Shown piece by piece: positions 1 through 6,813 of a DNA stretch of 30,600 bases (positions are counted from its first letter, which is position 1; every line of letters starts with the position of its first letter). A program made the translations under genes and the position numbers. The notes under the pieces were generated by a model. The model was not told where the DNA came from, made no database searches, and worked only from the letters and a program-made list of their open reading frames with translations. This DNA comes from a virus (lineage: Duplodnaviria > Caudoviricetes). The stretch is taken from the IMG/VR virus record IMGVR_UViG_3300025646_000213, positions 1 to 30,600 of that record. One strand, written 5' to 3'.

Positions 1-18
1 TGTTTTTATATTTTGCAT
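1..18 (-). CDS. 5' end of a CDS truncated by the window edge (MQNIKT...)
   Basis: Minus strand reads GGAGGAAACA-ATG with ATG at 18. The RBS matches the style of neighbouring early genes and lies downstream of the promoter at 64-91. Confidence 0.6.
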
Positions 19-63
19 TGTTTCCTCCATTGTTAAGTTAATGTTAATATAAAACATAGTTTT

Positions 64-91
64 ATTATAATGATATCCCATGAACATACAA
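64..91 (-). promoter_or_regulatory. sigma70-like promoter with ATCCCATG box in the spacer
   Basis: Minus strand TTGTAT-N16-TATAAT; ATCCCATG at 75-82. Confidence 0.7.
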
Positions 92-109
92 CACTTATTT
101 TAATTATCT

Positions 110-200
110 TTTAGAATAATTCTAAACTGGTTTGCACAACCTAGAGTTGTACCCGGATCAGATTAACTCGGGACCAAGCCGGGCACAACCTGGAGTTGTA
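110..200. repeat. Palindrome plus two 18-bp direct repeats, each an interrupted palindrome
   Basis: TTTAGAATAATTCTAAA at 110-126; GCACAACCTAGAGTTGTA at 134-151 and GCACAACCTGGAGTTGTA at 183-200 (core ACAAC-N5-GTTGT). Confidence 0.8.
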
Positions 201-212
201 TGTCCAGTTATT

Positions 213-249
213 AAAAAACCCTCTAACAAAATTAATTATTAGAGGGTTT
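213..249 (-). terminator. Rho-independent terminator
   Basis: 11-bp stem AAACCCTCTAA/TTAGAGGGTTT with a U-tract on the minus strand, just after the stop of 262..570. Confidence 0.75.
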
Positions 250-261
250 AAGTTTTATTAA

Positions 262-570
262 TTAATCTCCAAATAATACATTATTCATTATTTGAGTTCT
301 TAACAATTTAGCATTAGGTTTATGGGCAACGTCTAACCACTCATTGCCCCTCTTAACCTCTTTAATCTGATAAGCATATATTGAGCCCATCTCATCAAAG
401 AACCCGATTTGAGAGCCTTTAGCATCAATTAAAATTGTAGTCTTTAATCCTCGACCTTGATTAACAGACTCCATTAAAACACCCTCGCAAAGTATTCCTA
501 ATTGATTTGATTTTATAATGTCTCCTTTTTTAAGGTCATTAAACATTATCACTTTTTTATCATTACTCAT
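262..570 (-). CDS. Hypothetical early phage protein (102 aa)
   Basis: ORF with GGAGGATACA RBS, upstream promoter and downstream terminator. Confidence 0.85.
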   Translation of the reverse strand: MSNDKKVIMFNDLKKGDIIKSNQLGILCEGVLMESVNQGRGLKTTILIDAKGSQIGFFDEMGSIYAYQIKEVKRGNEWLDVAHKPNAKLLRTQIMNNVLFGD

Positions 571-594
571 TGTATCCTCCTATTGATTAATATG

Positions 595-627
595 TTGACA
601 TAATATCTTATGATGCTAGGATGTCAA
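595..627. promoter_or_regulatory. Fully overlapping divergent sigma70 promoter pair
   Basis: Plus: TTGACA-N16-TAGGAT (TGn extended). Minus: TTGACA-N16-TATTAT. Variant box ATCTTATG at 605-612. Confidence 0.75.
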
Positions 628-652
628 TTAAATAAAAATGGAGGATACAAAA

Positions 653-925
653 ATGAAAAAACAATTACTAGGAGGGACAGGGGTTGACAGTGGTCAACTC
701 CTAATCACTGACCCTTGTTATGTTGAAATGAGTGGTCATAACAAAGGCATTACTTATGATGACATGATATGTAATGGCAACGACCCGAAACAACTTATAA
801 ATAAATATGGTGCTGAAGTCGGGTTAGTTATTCCAACATTACACGGCGACGGGTTTTATAATGTCAAAGGTAATTACAATAAAGACGGAAGAATAACTTC
901 CATTACAATCAACTTAAATTACTAA
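653..925 (+). CDS. Hypothetical early protein with GVDSGQ...DPCY motif (DUF4241-like)
   Basis: GGAGGATACA RBS precedes ATG at 653. GVDSGQLLITDPCY and HGDGFYNV motifs recur in phage early proteins. Confidence 0.8.
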   Translation: MKKQLLGGTGVDSGQLLITDPCYVEMSGHNKGITYDDMICNGNDPKQLINKYGAEVGLVIPTLHGDGFYNVKGNYNKDGRITSITINLNY

Positions 926-927
926 TA

Positions 928-962
928 GAGGAGTGAGGGGAGCAATCCCCTCATAACAAATC
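928..962 (+). promoter_or_regulatory. Shine-Dalgarno separated from its start codon by a GCAA-tetraloop hairpin
   Basis: GAGGAG (928-933), then TGAGGGGA-GCAA-TCCCCTCA (934-953), then 9 nt, then ATG at 963. Confidence 0.6.
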
Positions 963-1145
963 ATGAAATATAAATATAAAGGTTATTCAATTGGAATGGA
1001 TTTTGACACTAAAAAAATCACGTGTGAAAAGGATGACGATTTTATAACTTTTTACCCAAAAAATTCTACCAGTACATTAGAGGAAATCAAAATTTCCGCG
1101 TTCGGTAGGATCGACGATAGAATAAATTATTTAAATAAAAGATAA
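963..1145 (+). CDS. Hypothetical protein (60 aa)
   Basis: ORF in an operon with 653..925, ending at a terminator. Confidence 0.7.
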   Translation: MKYKYKGYSIGMDFDTKKITCEKDDDFITFYPKNSTSTLEEIKISAFGRIDDRINYLNKR

Positions 1146-1180
1146 AAAAAGGGAGGGTTGAACCCTCCCTTTAATTTTTT
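1144..1180. terminator. Bidirectional intrinsic terminator
   Basis: AAAGGGAGGG/CCCTCCCTTT stem flanked by A- and T-tracts, between convergent genes. Confidence 0.85.
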
Positions 1181-1572
1181 TAGAGTTCCGCCTCAAAGGC
1201 ACATTCACCTGTATCTTCAACACACTTTTGGATTTGTTCTCCTAAATGAAGTCGAGCATACCACTCTAAAAGAGTTTTGATTTTAGTGTAACCTTTAACC
1301 ACCATATTATGATTATCTTTATAATAGGTGGTTATCATGTCGTCATTCCAACCATCATTTTTCGCAAAAAAGTCATCAAGTATTTTTTTATGTTTACCTA
1401 AAGATTTTTTACATTTGGCTACACCTTTTTTGATGTCCTCTAGATTATCCTTATCAAAATAATAACTTAAATAATTTGAATGACCCTCGACACCAAAAAA
1501 GTCAGCGTCAGCACTTGATTGAACAGCAACCCAAAATTTGCCTTCAATGTCTCCACTATAGTATCTACCCAT
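1180..1572 (-). CDS. Conserved-looking hypothetical phage protein (MGRYYSGDIEGKFW...)
   Basis: AAGGAG RBS before ATG at 1572; the longer start in the ORF track lies inside the upstream gene. Confidence 0.85.
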   Translation of the reverse strand: MGRYYSGDIEGKFWVAVQSSADADFFGVEGHSNYLSYYFDKDNLEDIKKGVAKCKKSLGKHKKILDDFFAKNDGWNDDMITTYYKDNHNMVVKGYTKIKTLLEWYARLHLGEQIQKCVEDTGECAFEAEL

Positions 1573-1777
1573 GATGACAATCTCCTTTTTTGATTTCTTC
1601 AAAATTACAAACAAAATAATTTTCTTGAGGCATACCTTCAAGCCCTACAGTATAATTATTATGTTTACAGATAACTAAGTATTGACCTAGATTATCTTTT
1701 TTTACTTCATATGCTTTACTTGAGTTAAAAACTTTTAACCCATTATCAACGCACATTTTAACTGTTTCTAGTTTCAT
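1565..1777 (-). CDS. Hypothetical protein (70 aa)
   Basis: GGAGGATACA RBS at 1780-1789 before ATG at 1777. Confidence 0.8.
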   Translation of the reverse strand: MKLETVKMCVDNGLKVFNSSKAYEVKKDNLGQYLVICKHNNYTVGLEGMPQENYFVCNFEEIKKGDCHHG

Positions 1778-1798
1778 TTTGTATCCTCCATTTTTTAG

Positions 1799-1829
1799 TT
1801 GACTATATCCCATGATCATATAAAGTCAA
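1799..1829. promoter_or_regulatory. Fully overlapping divergent sigma70 promoter pair with ATCCCATG box
   Basis: Plus: TTGACT-N16-TAAAGT. Minus: TTGACT-N16-TATAGT. ATCCCATG at 1807-1814. Confidence 0.75.
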
Positions 1830-1863
1830 TACATAACCATAAAAAAAAATAGGAGGATACATT

Positions 1864-2220
1864 ATGGGATACACTAACTATTGGACTTATAAAAAGCCCT
1901 TTGATGATAACGAGTGGTCAAAAATCAAAGATGAATACGACTACATCGTTGAAAACTTTGACGGAGAAATCATAAAAAATGAAACTCCAGTTCATAAGTT
2001 AAATGAGTACATACAGTTTAATGGCATTGGCGACAATGAGCATGAAACTTTTTTACTCTTTAAAGACTTTCGAAAGCGTAAACAATATTACAATGGCATG
2101 GATCTCGCTTTTGATTTTTGTAAAACTAATCGAAAGCCCTATGATCTCGCCGTTTGGCATATGTTAACATTTGCTAAAAATGTTAATGATGATAAAATCG
2201 AAATAAGGAGGGATCGATAA
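1864..2220 (+). CDS. Hypothetical phage protein (MGYTNYW...FCKTNRKPYDLAV)
   Basis: GGAGGATACA RBS. The MGYTxYW, HETF and FCKTxRKPYD motifs are typical of a widespread phage hypothetical family. Confidence 0.85.
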   Translation: MGYTNYWTYKKPFDDNEWSKIKDEYDYIVENFDGEIIKNETPVHKLNEYIQFNGIGDNEHETFLLFKDFRKRKQYYNGMDLAFDFCKTNRKPYDLAVWHMLTFAKNVNDDKIEIRRDR

Positions 2221-2465
2221 TGAGTAATAATAAATTATGGCTAGACAAGGTGCGAAAGCACCTTGTCGGGCAAACTATAAAAGATGTCAAATGGTTAAGT
2301 CCCGAAAAGACAGAAGAATATTTTGGATGGGATACTCAACCTTGCGAAATCTATTTATCAAATGGCGTTGTCCTAACGCCTCAAGCTGATGATGAAGGCA
2401 ATGACGCGGGAGCGATTGCTACAAATCTAAAAGACTTGCCAATTATTCCAGTTTTTAGAGATTAA
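2220..2465 (+). CDS. Hypothetical phage protein (DDEGNDAG motif)
   Basis: TAATG coupling to the previous gene; AGGAGG RBS. Confidence 0.85.
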   Translation: MSNNKLWLDKVRKHLVGQTIKDVKWLSPEKTEEYFGWDTQPCEIYLSNGVVLTPQADDEGNDAGAIATNLKDLPIIPVFRD

Positions 2466-2473
2466 TTAAAAAT

Positions 2474-2503
2474 AAAAAAAGGGGCGATTACTCGCCCCTT
2501 CTT
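2474..2503. terminator. Intrinsic terminator, stronger on the minus strand
   Basis: AAGGGGCGA/TCGCCCCTT stem; loop GUAA and U-tract on the minus strand; lies between convergent genes. Confidence 0.8.
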
Positions 2504-2522
2504 CCCGCTCGGAAGGATACAG

Positions 2523-3203
2523 TTAAGCGGAAACCGTGAAACCGTATTTATCTTGTTTTGCTCGACCTTTAGCAAGTAAGCCAACAACCACATTTGATTT
2601 ATTTTTAAATCGCATGTCATGTAAATCACCATTAATAACTTTGTATTTCTTATAAAGCTTCGGTAATTTATCTTTAAAGACAACCGCGACTGGTGACTTT
2701 TTAATTAGTTTAAAAGCTTCCTTTTCATTTGTTTCGGATCGTGAAAAAGTCAGATGATAATTGCTAGGCTGATTGTCATGGATCCGATTATCTCCTTTGG
2801 TGTAATCGTAAAATGTCACTGTCGGGAAATGGTCCATTAAATTTTTGCCTTGATATAAATATTTCTCCCAAGGCAAATCAGAAGTACCATTCAAACGAAT
2901 CGCCAGTTTCATATTTTTCTTTTTAGCCCGGCGTAATAATATAGTTATATCACTATGCAGCTCAGCCAAAAATTTAGTACGATCTTTAAAAAAGGCCAGC
3001 GTTTTTCTAATTCGGGCCGACTGTACCGAAATCATCTGACCACGCCCGGCTTTATAGAGGCAGCCATCGATACACCCAGGCGAAGCCCAGGGACAAACAT
3101 TTTTGCCGCTAGTTTTATGGGGAGCTAGGTATAGGATCCCGGTTAAAACCCCGTACTTCATTGACTTGATTGTTTTCCAATTTGTATTTACTTGTAACAA
3201 CAT
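2523..3203 (-). CDS. Gene product 88 (GP88)-like Cys-cluster protein
   Basis: LYLAP...C-P-x-AS-x-GC-xxx-C, RLNGTSD, FYDYTK and NYHLTFS motifs; AAGGAAGGA RBS. Confidence 0.8.
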   Translation of the reverse strand: MLLQVNTNWKTIKSMKYGVLTGILYLAPHKTSGKNVCPWASPGCIDGCLYKAGRGQMISVQSARIRKTLAFFKDRTKFLAELHSDITILLRRAKKKNMKLAIRLNGTSDLPWEKYLYQGKNLMDHFPTVTFYDYTKGDNRIHDNQPSNYHLTFSRSETNEKEAFKLIKKSPVAVVFKDKLPKLYKKYKVINGDLHDMRFKNKSNVVVGLLAKGRAKQDKYGFTVSA

Positions 3204-3223
3204 ATTTCCTTCCTTTGTTAGTT

Positions 3224-3259
3224 ATCCCATGAATATAAGACTATAAATATAAATGTCAA
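3224..3259 (-). promoter_or_regulatory. sigma70 promoter with ATCCCATG box over the predicted start site
   Basis: Minus strand TTGACA-N16-TATATT followed directly by CATGGGAT. Confidence 0.75.
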
Positions 3260-3285
3260 CTAAAAAATTTATTGATAATTAGGAA

Positions 3286-3785
3286 CTGGGTAATTAGTAG
3301 GACCATCACCTTTCAGTGAGGCTGTAACCAATAATGCTTGCAAGTCGACTAGACAAGCATGTGCAATGGTCCAACAAATTACTATCAGTAATTATTTACG
3401 ACTGGGTCATTTGCCTCTAGCAAAAATTCTATGCACTAGCGCCTACCGTTGGATCTGGCCGACCCAGTCTTAAAAGTGACCCCGACCCAGGCTACCGGGT
3501 CGGGATCGATTAGTATGGGTCCTAACACCACTTTACTAATTCTTCTGGGGTGTCCCGGCTCGAAGCTGCGACTAGACCAGAAGTTGACCCGGGCAACAAC
3601 ATTTACCGATAGGATAGAGTTACCCGGATCCCAGACCACTAGAACCACCTGAGCGTCTCGTGTGTATACCCACGCTAGTGGTCAGGGATGGCATCGACGG
3701 TTAACTCGGTCAAAAGTCGACCGTCGACCCGTTCGTAGTCGATAAAAAACAGGAGCTATAAAAAAGTTTTAAATCGAACTACCAA
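3286..3785 (-). ncRNA. Candidate ~500-nt structured non-coding RNA (tandem hairpin array)
   Basis: No credible ORF, raised GC, about nine stems of 7-14 bp, several A-C mismatches that become G-U pairs on the minus strand, and a dedicated promoter at 3791-3818. Confidence 0.7.
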
Positions 3786-3790
3786 TTATC

Positions 3791-3818
3791 CTTTTATCAT
3801 CATGGGATTTAATGTCAA
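3791..3818 (-). promoter_or_regulatory. sigma70 promoter with ATCCCATG box, driving the non-coding region
   Basis: TTGACA-N16-TAAAAG (TGn extended); box at 3801-3808. Confidence 0.65.
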
Positions 3819-3826
3819 CAATTATT

Positions 3827-4201
3827 TTATAAATTTTTTAAAAAATTTTTTAAATTTTGCCAGTTGATCGGCTCCCGTAATACGCGAATCGGTGGATCGG
3901 CAAGAGGGTCACGGGTTGCGAGTCCCGGTTTGAAAAGTTTCAGTGCTCTCTCCTTGGGTACGGAAATCAAGATAAAAACACGCCCGTGATGTTTCAATCT
4001 GGTATAAATCCAGACCTTCTGGAAGCGAGTTAGTTTACCTCGATTTACCTTTAATTCGATCCATCCTTCAACGCCATCAATACAGTAATTTATATCAGGA
4101 ACTCCTTGAAGTGTACTTGTTTCTATTCTTTGAAAGTGCGCGTCTTTTATGTGTTTTTTTATTCTTTGATACAGTTTTGATTCGGCTTTTTTCAGTGCCA
4201 T
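3827..4201 (-). CDS. PD-(D/E)xK nuclease, VRR-NUC/Holliday-junction-resolvase-like
   Basis: E..., GVPD, WIELK and LTRFQKVW motifs. Confidence 0.8.
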   Translation of the reverse strand: MALKKAESKLYQRIKKHIKDAHFQRIETSTLQGVPDINYCIDGVEGWIELKVNRGKLTRFQKVWIYTRLKHHGRVFILISVPKERALKLFKPGLATRDPLADPPIRVLREPINWQNLKNFLKNL

Positions 4202-4541
4202 CAAGTCCCCCTAAAATAGCATTTTGTAGGTATGGTAAAAACCACTTATTATCTCTTATAACTTGCGAGAAAGAATTAGCAAGTGCATTTACAGTTTGTT
4301 CTTCAGTATCATCTCTAGATAAGGCTCCCCCATCAGAATTTAGCCCAGTTTGATATACACAACCATGTAAAACTTCATGTAAAAGGGTATTGGCCTCTTG
4401 TCTTGGAGTCATTCCTCTTGCAATTTCAATAACTGAAGAAGAAGCTTTAAATTCTCCTAATGCCTCATTTAATTTTTGAGGAGTGAAATCCACCTTTAAA
4501 ATTTTTATGTCGTCGTATCCTATTTTTATTTTTTTCTTCAT
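4095..4541 (-). CDS. HEXXH zinc metallopeptidase-like phage protein
   Basis: NTLLHEVLHG followed by a downstream EE. Confidence 0.75.
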   Translation of the reverse strand: MKKKIKIGYDDIKILKVDFTPQKLNEALGEFKASSSVIEIARGMTPRQEANTLLHEVLHGCVYQTGLNSDGGALSRDDTEEQTVNALANSFSQVIRDNKWFLPYLQNAILGGLDGTEKSRIKTVSKNKKTHKRRALSKNRNKYTSRSS

Positions 4542-4713
4542 GAACTTGCACCTCTACAGATCCCACAGATGAACCCATCAAGTGTCCATTGTGTACTTCG
4601 TGAAATAAATTCCACCATTCTCTCTCAGTCTTTAGATTCTGGAGTTTCTTCTGCTGGGACTTCGATAACATTGGCTTGTGGTATTTCATCTTGAAGTTTT
4701 TTAATTTGTTCAA
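4465..4713 (-). CDS. Possible small hypothetical protein (start uncertain)
   Basis: Bridges the gap between terS and the HEXXH gene but overlaps both. Confidence 0.35.
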   Translation of the reverse strand: MNKLKNFKMKYHKPMLSKSQQKKLQNLKTEREWWNLFHEVHNGHLMGSSVGSVEVQVHEEKNKNRIRRHKNFKGGFHSSKIK

Positions 4714-5119
4714 TCAATTCTTCTTTACTCATTGCTGATAAATCTTCAACTTTTATTTCAGCTCGATCCACATAAAATCCTGCAGCTTGCCCTAATCTAA
4801 ATTCTGCATTTACTGCTGCAGCATACTGGCCTTTGTTTTCTGCTTTTTTTGATAAAATATCTAATCTTTTTAAATGTCTTAAATAATCTTTAAAATAACC
4901 TGACTTCTGATCTCTAAGAATTTCCATGTAAGAAACTACAGCGGGATTTAAATCAGGGTTAGTTAAATTAGAACCAGTTTTAGAAGCAATTGCTTTGCTA
5001 TACCCGGCTTGTTCAGCAGCTTGTGTTTTGGTCATGTCAGGATAATTAGCAACATAAATCTCACAAAAACTTCTTTGTTTTGCTGTAAGCTTGGCTCCTA
5101 ATCTAGTTAATCTTTTCAT
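4625..5119 (-). CDS. terS: Terminase small subunit-like protein
   Basis: N-terminal LTAKQRSFCEIYV...TQAAEQAGYS HTH signature; helical C-terminus. Confidence 0.75.
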   Translation of the reverse strand: MKRLTRLGAKLTAKQRSFCEIYVANYPDMTKTQAAEQAGYSKAIASKTGSNLTNPDLNPAVVSYMEILRDQKSGYFKDYLRHLKRLDILSKKAENKGQYAAAVNAEFRLGQAAGFYVDRAEIKVEDLSAMSKEELIEQIKKLQDEIPQANVIEVPAEETPESKD

Positions 5120-5284
5120 GGATCTACTCTACCACAAGTTTACGGTGAAGGCTATCACCGTATAAATTTTTCAGTTTCCTATAAGGTATTATATAGTAAA
5201 CATACCTCTAACACGAAAAAAAGGTAAAAAGTACCCTGAAACCAGAATAAGTTAAATAATCCTTATAGAATGCGGTTAATTTTG

Positions 5285-5385
5285 TCAGCCTAGTAGGCTG
5301 AAAGTAGGCTGAAATTCTGGGAACGGCAGCCGAAATGCGGCAACCGCCGCAGAATAGCCGCCAAATATGACCGCACTGTGGCAGA
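5285..5385. repeat. Palindrome/iteron-like cluster (candidate origin or packaging site)
   Basis: TCAGCCTA-G-TAGGCTGA (5285-5301), tandem GTAGGCTGAAA x2 (5293-5314), CGGCAGCCG and CGGCAACCG (5324-5346). Confidence 0.55.
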
Positions 5386-5503
5386 ATTACAACTAAAATA
5401 TTCCGTACACCAGAAGACCAATCAGAGTTTTCAGTATACCGATTGCGATCGGTGTAGCGATTAAAACTGCTAGTCCAACTAAAATAAACATAATCATGCA
5501 ACT

Positions 5504-5554
5504 TATTTACATGGGATAAATTAATTTGTCAAACAATATTTTTTATGTTAAATT
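5504..5554. promoter_or_regulatory. Back-to-back promoters sharing TTGTCAA, with ATCCCATG box
   Basis: Minus: TTGACA-N17-TAAATA with box at 5510-5517. Plus: TTGTCA-N17-TAAATT (TGn extended). Confidence 0.65.
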
Positions 5555-5559
5555 AAATT

Positions 5560-5778
5560 TAGTTTTTATTTCATAAAAACTTTCTCTTTAAAAACAAAAG
5601 ATCAATATGACCTAGAACAGGGGCTCCGGCCCCCGTTAACCGTGCTTCTTTGTCCTTATTGCGGGAACCAGTATTTTAGATTACAATCAACAAACTGTTT
5701 ATCTTTTATTTGTATTTCTATAAACAGTGAATTTTCCTTCATTGAGTGGGGAGCTGACTTTCAAGGTGAGCTCCTCAC
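5560..5778 (+). ncRNA. Candidate ~220-nt small RNA
   Basis: Plus-strand promoter and no credible ORF. Hairpins at 5561-5581, 5620-5633 (C-UCCG-G tetraloop) and 5746-5778 (G-U pair on the plus strand). Confidence 0.45.
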
Positions 5779-5970
5779 CTAAAATCGTTTAAATAACAAT
5801 CTCCATAACCAAGAACGAAACAAAGAAACAATTGTAAAAATTATTGCGATTTGAAAGCTTTCAAAAATCGTTGGGTGCAAGTCAAAAAACGGAAAAATGT
5901 ATAATTGAATTAAAGTGGAAAGAAGTAAACCGCTACCAACATCGATCGCAGCTTCTATAAAAGACCTCAT
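5779..5970 (-). CDS. Small two-TM membrane protein
   Basis: Two hydrophobic helices; SxxE...VSLxRSxxWR pattern common in phages. Confidence 0.8.
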   Translation of the reverse strand: MRSFIEAAIDVGSGLLLSTLIQLYIFPFFDLHPTIFESFQIAIIFTIVSLFRSWLWRLLFKRF

Positions 5971-6813
5971 CTACAATCCACACAGGCCCTCACACTCTTG
6001 ATTAAACATATCAAGTTGGTTATCCTCTTTAACCTTAAATTGTGCATCTTTGAGTGGAACACAGGATCGGTGAATATATAACTGGTCTTTAACTTTTTTA
6101 TTGCCTTTACGAATTGTTTCATCAATCTCGCAAGCATCTTTAAATTCCTCAGGTCGATTAGCTTTCATATCAGCCCAAAAACTGTCATCATGAAAAGGAC
6201 AACCAATACAAGCAGACTTTGCAGGTCTTCGATAATCTTTACCATTGTACCAGGTCATGCAATCATCTCTTGACATCTTTTTTTCAATCAATGGCCAACG
6301 ATTCTTTTGCCACCAGATTCTTGCAGGTTTCATTCGCATAATCTCATCCATGGAGATTCCAATCCACATCTCAACCCATTTTTCTTTTGGAAATCGTTTT
6401 CTAAAACCAACATTCATTAACTCTCTTGTTTGTTTTTGAATGGGAGTAATTTTATATTCTCTAGTGCATTGTCTACGCAACATGCCTTTTTTATTGGTAT
6501 CAGGATTTTTAGTAAAAAACGGCGCTGACGCAAACCGATTACCATCTGCTGACATTGCCTTTTGAATATCTTCTCGAATGTTGCCTTTGCTACAAATGTA
6601 AACAGGATACGATAATTGTTTCTTCAACCAATTTAAATGTTCGATTACTGGTTTAGGTTCCCAACCTGTGTCGGCAAAAATAGCTGCATCGGGTTTAACG
6701 CCAAAGGCACCCTCTTCTGCCATCAATGCCATCGTAGAACTTTGCACACCTGCCCCTAACGACAATATTCGCATTGCCGGTTCACCTTGAAATTTGTTTT
6801 CTTCAGTTAGCAT
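5971..6813 (-). CDS. PAPS-reductase/adenine nucleotide alpha-hydrolase-like protein with Cys clusters
   Basis: PP-loop-like SLGAGVQS, FADTGWE, RQCT, KSACIGCPF and C-terminal ECEGLCGL. Start placed at MLTEENK (6813), coupled to the upstream stop. Confidence 0.75.
   Translation of the reverse strand: MLTEENKFQGEPAMRILSLGAGVQSSTMALMAEEGAFGVKPDAAIFADTGWEPKPVIEHLNWLKKQLSYPVYICSKGNIREDIQKAMSADGNRFASAPFFTKNPDTNKKGMLRRQCTREYKITPIQKQTRELMNVGFRKRFPKEKWVEMWIGISMDEIMRMKPARIWWQKNRWPLIEKKMSRDDCMTWYNGKDYRRPAKSACIGCPFHDDSFWADMKANRPEEFKDACEIDETIRKGNKKVKDQLYIHRSCVPLKDAQFKVKEDNQLDMFNQECEGLCGL

Noticed and set aside
2462-2683. 73-aa ORF overlapping the GP88-like gene
   Set aside because: Alternative frame running through a terminator; no RBS.
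3436-3652. ORFs 3436..3648 (-) and 3449..3652 (+)
   Set aside because: No RBS and atypical composition; explained by the GC-rich structured region.
3286-3727. Hairpin array as a CRISPR or TIGR-type array
   Set aside because: Stems share no repeat sequence, unit lengths vary, and no Cas or Nop-domain gene is visible.
5208-5501. 97-aa ORF upstream of terS
   Set aside because: No RBS, runs through palindromes and repeats, and has unusual composition. It does follow a promoter, so it is not fully excluded.
5600-5780. Possible tRNA in the GC-rich hairpins
   Set aside because: No cloverleaf and no T-loop GTTCRA in the proper context.
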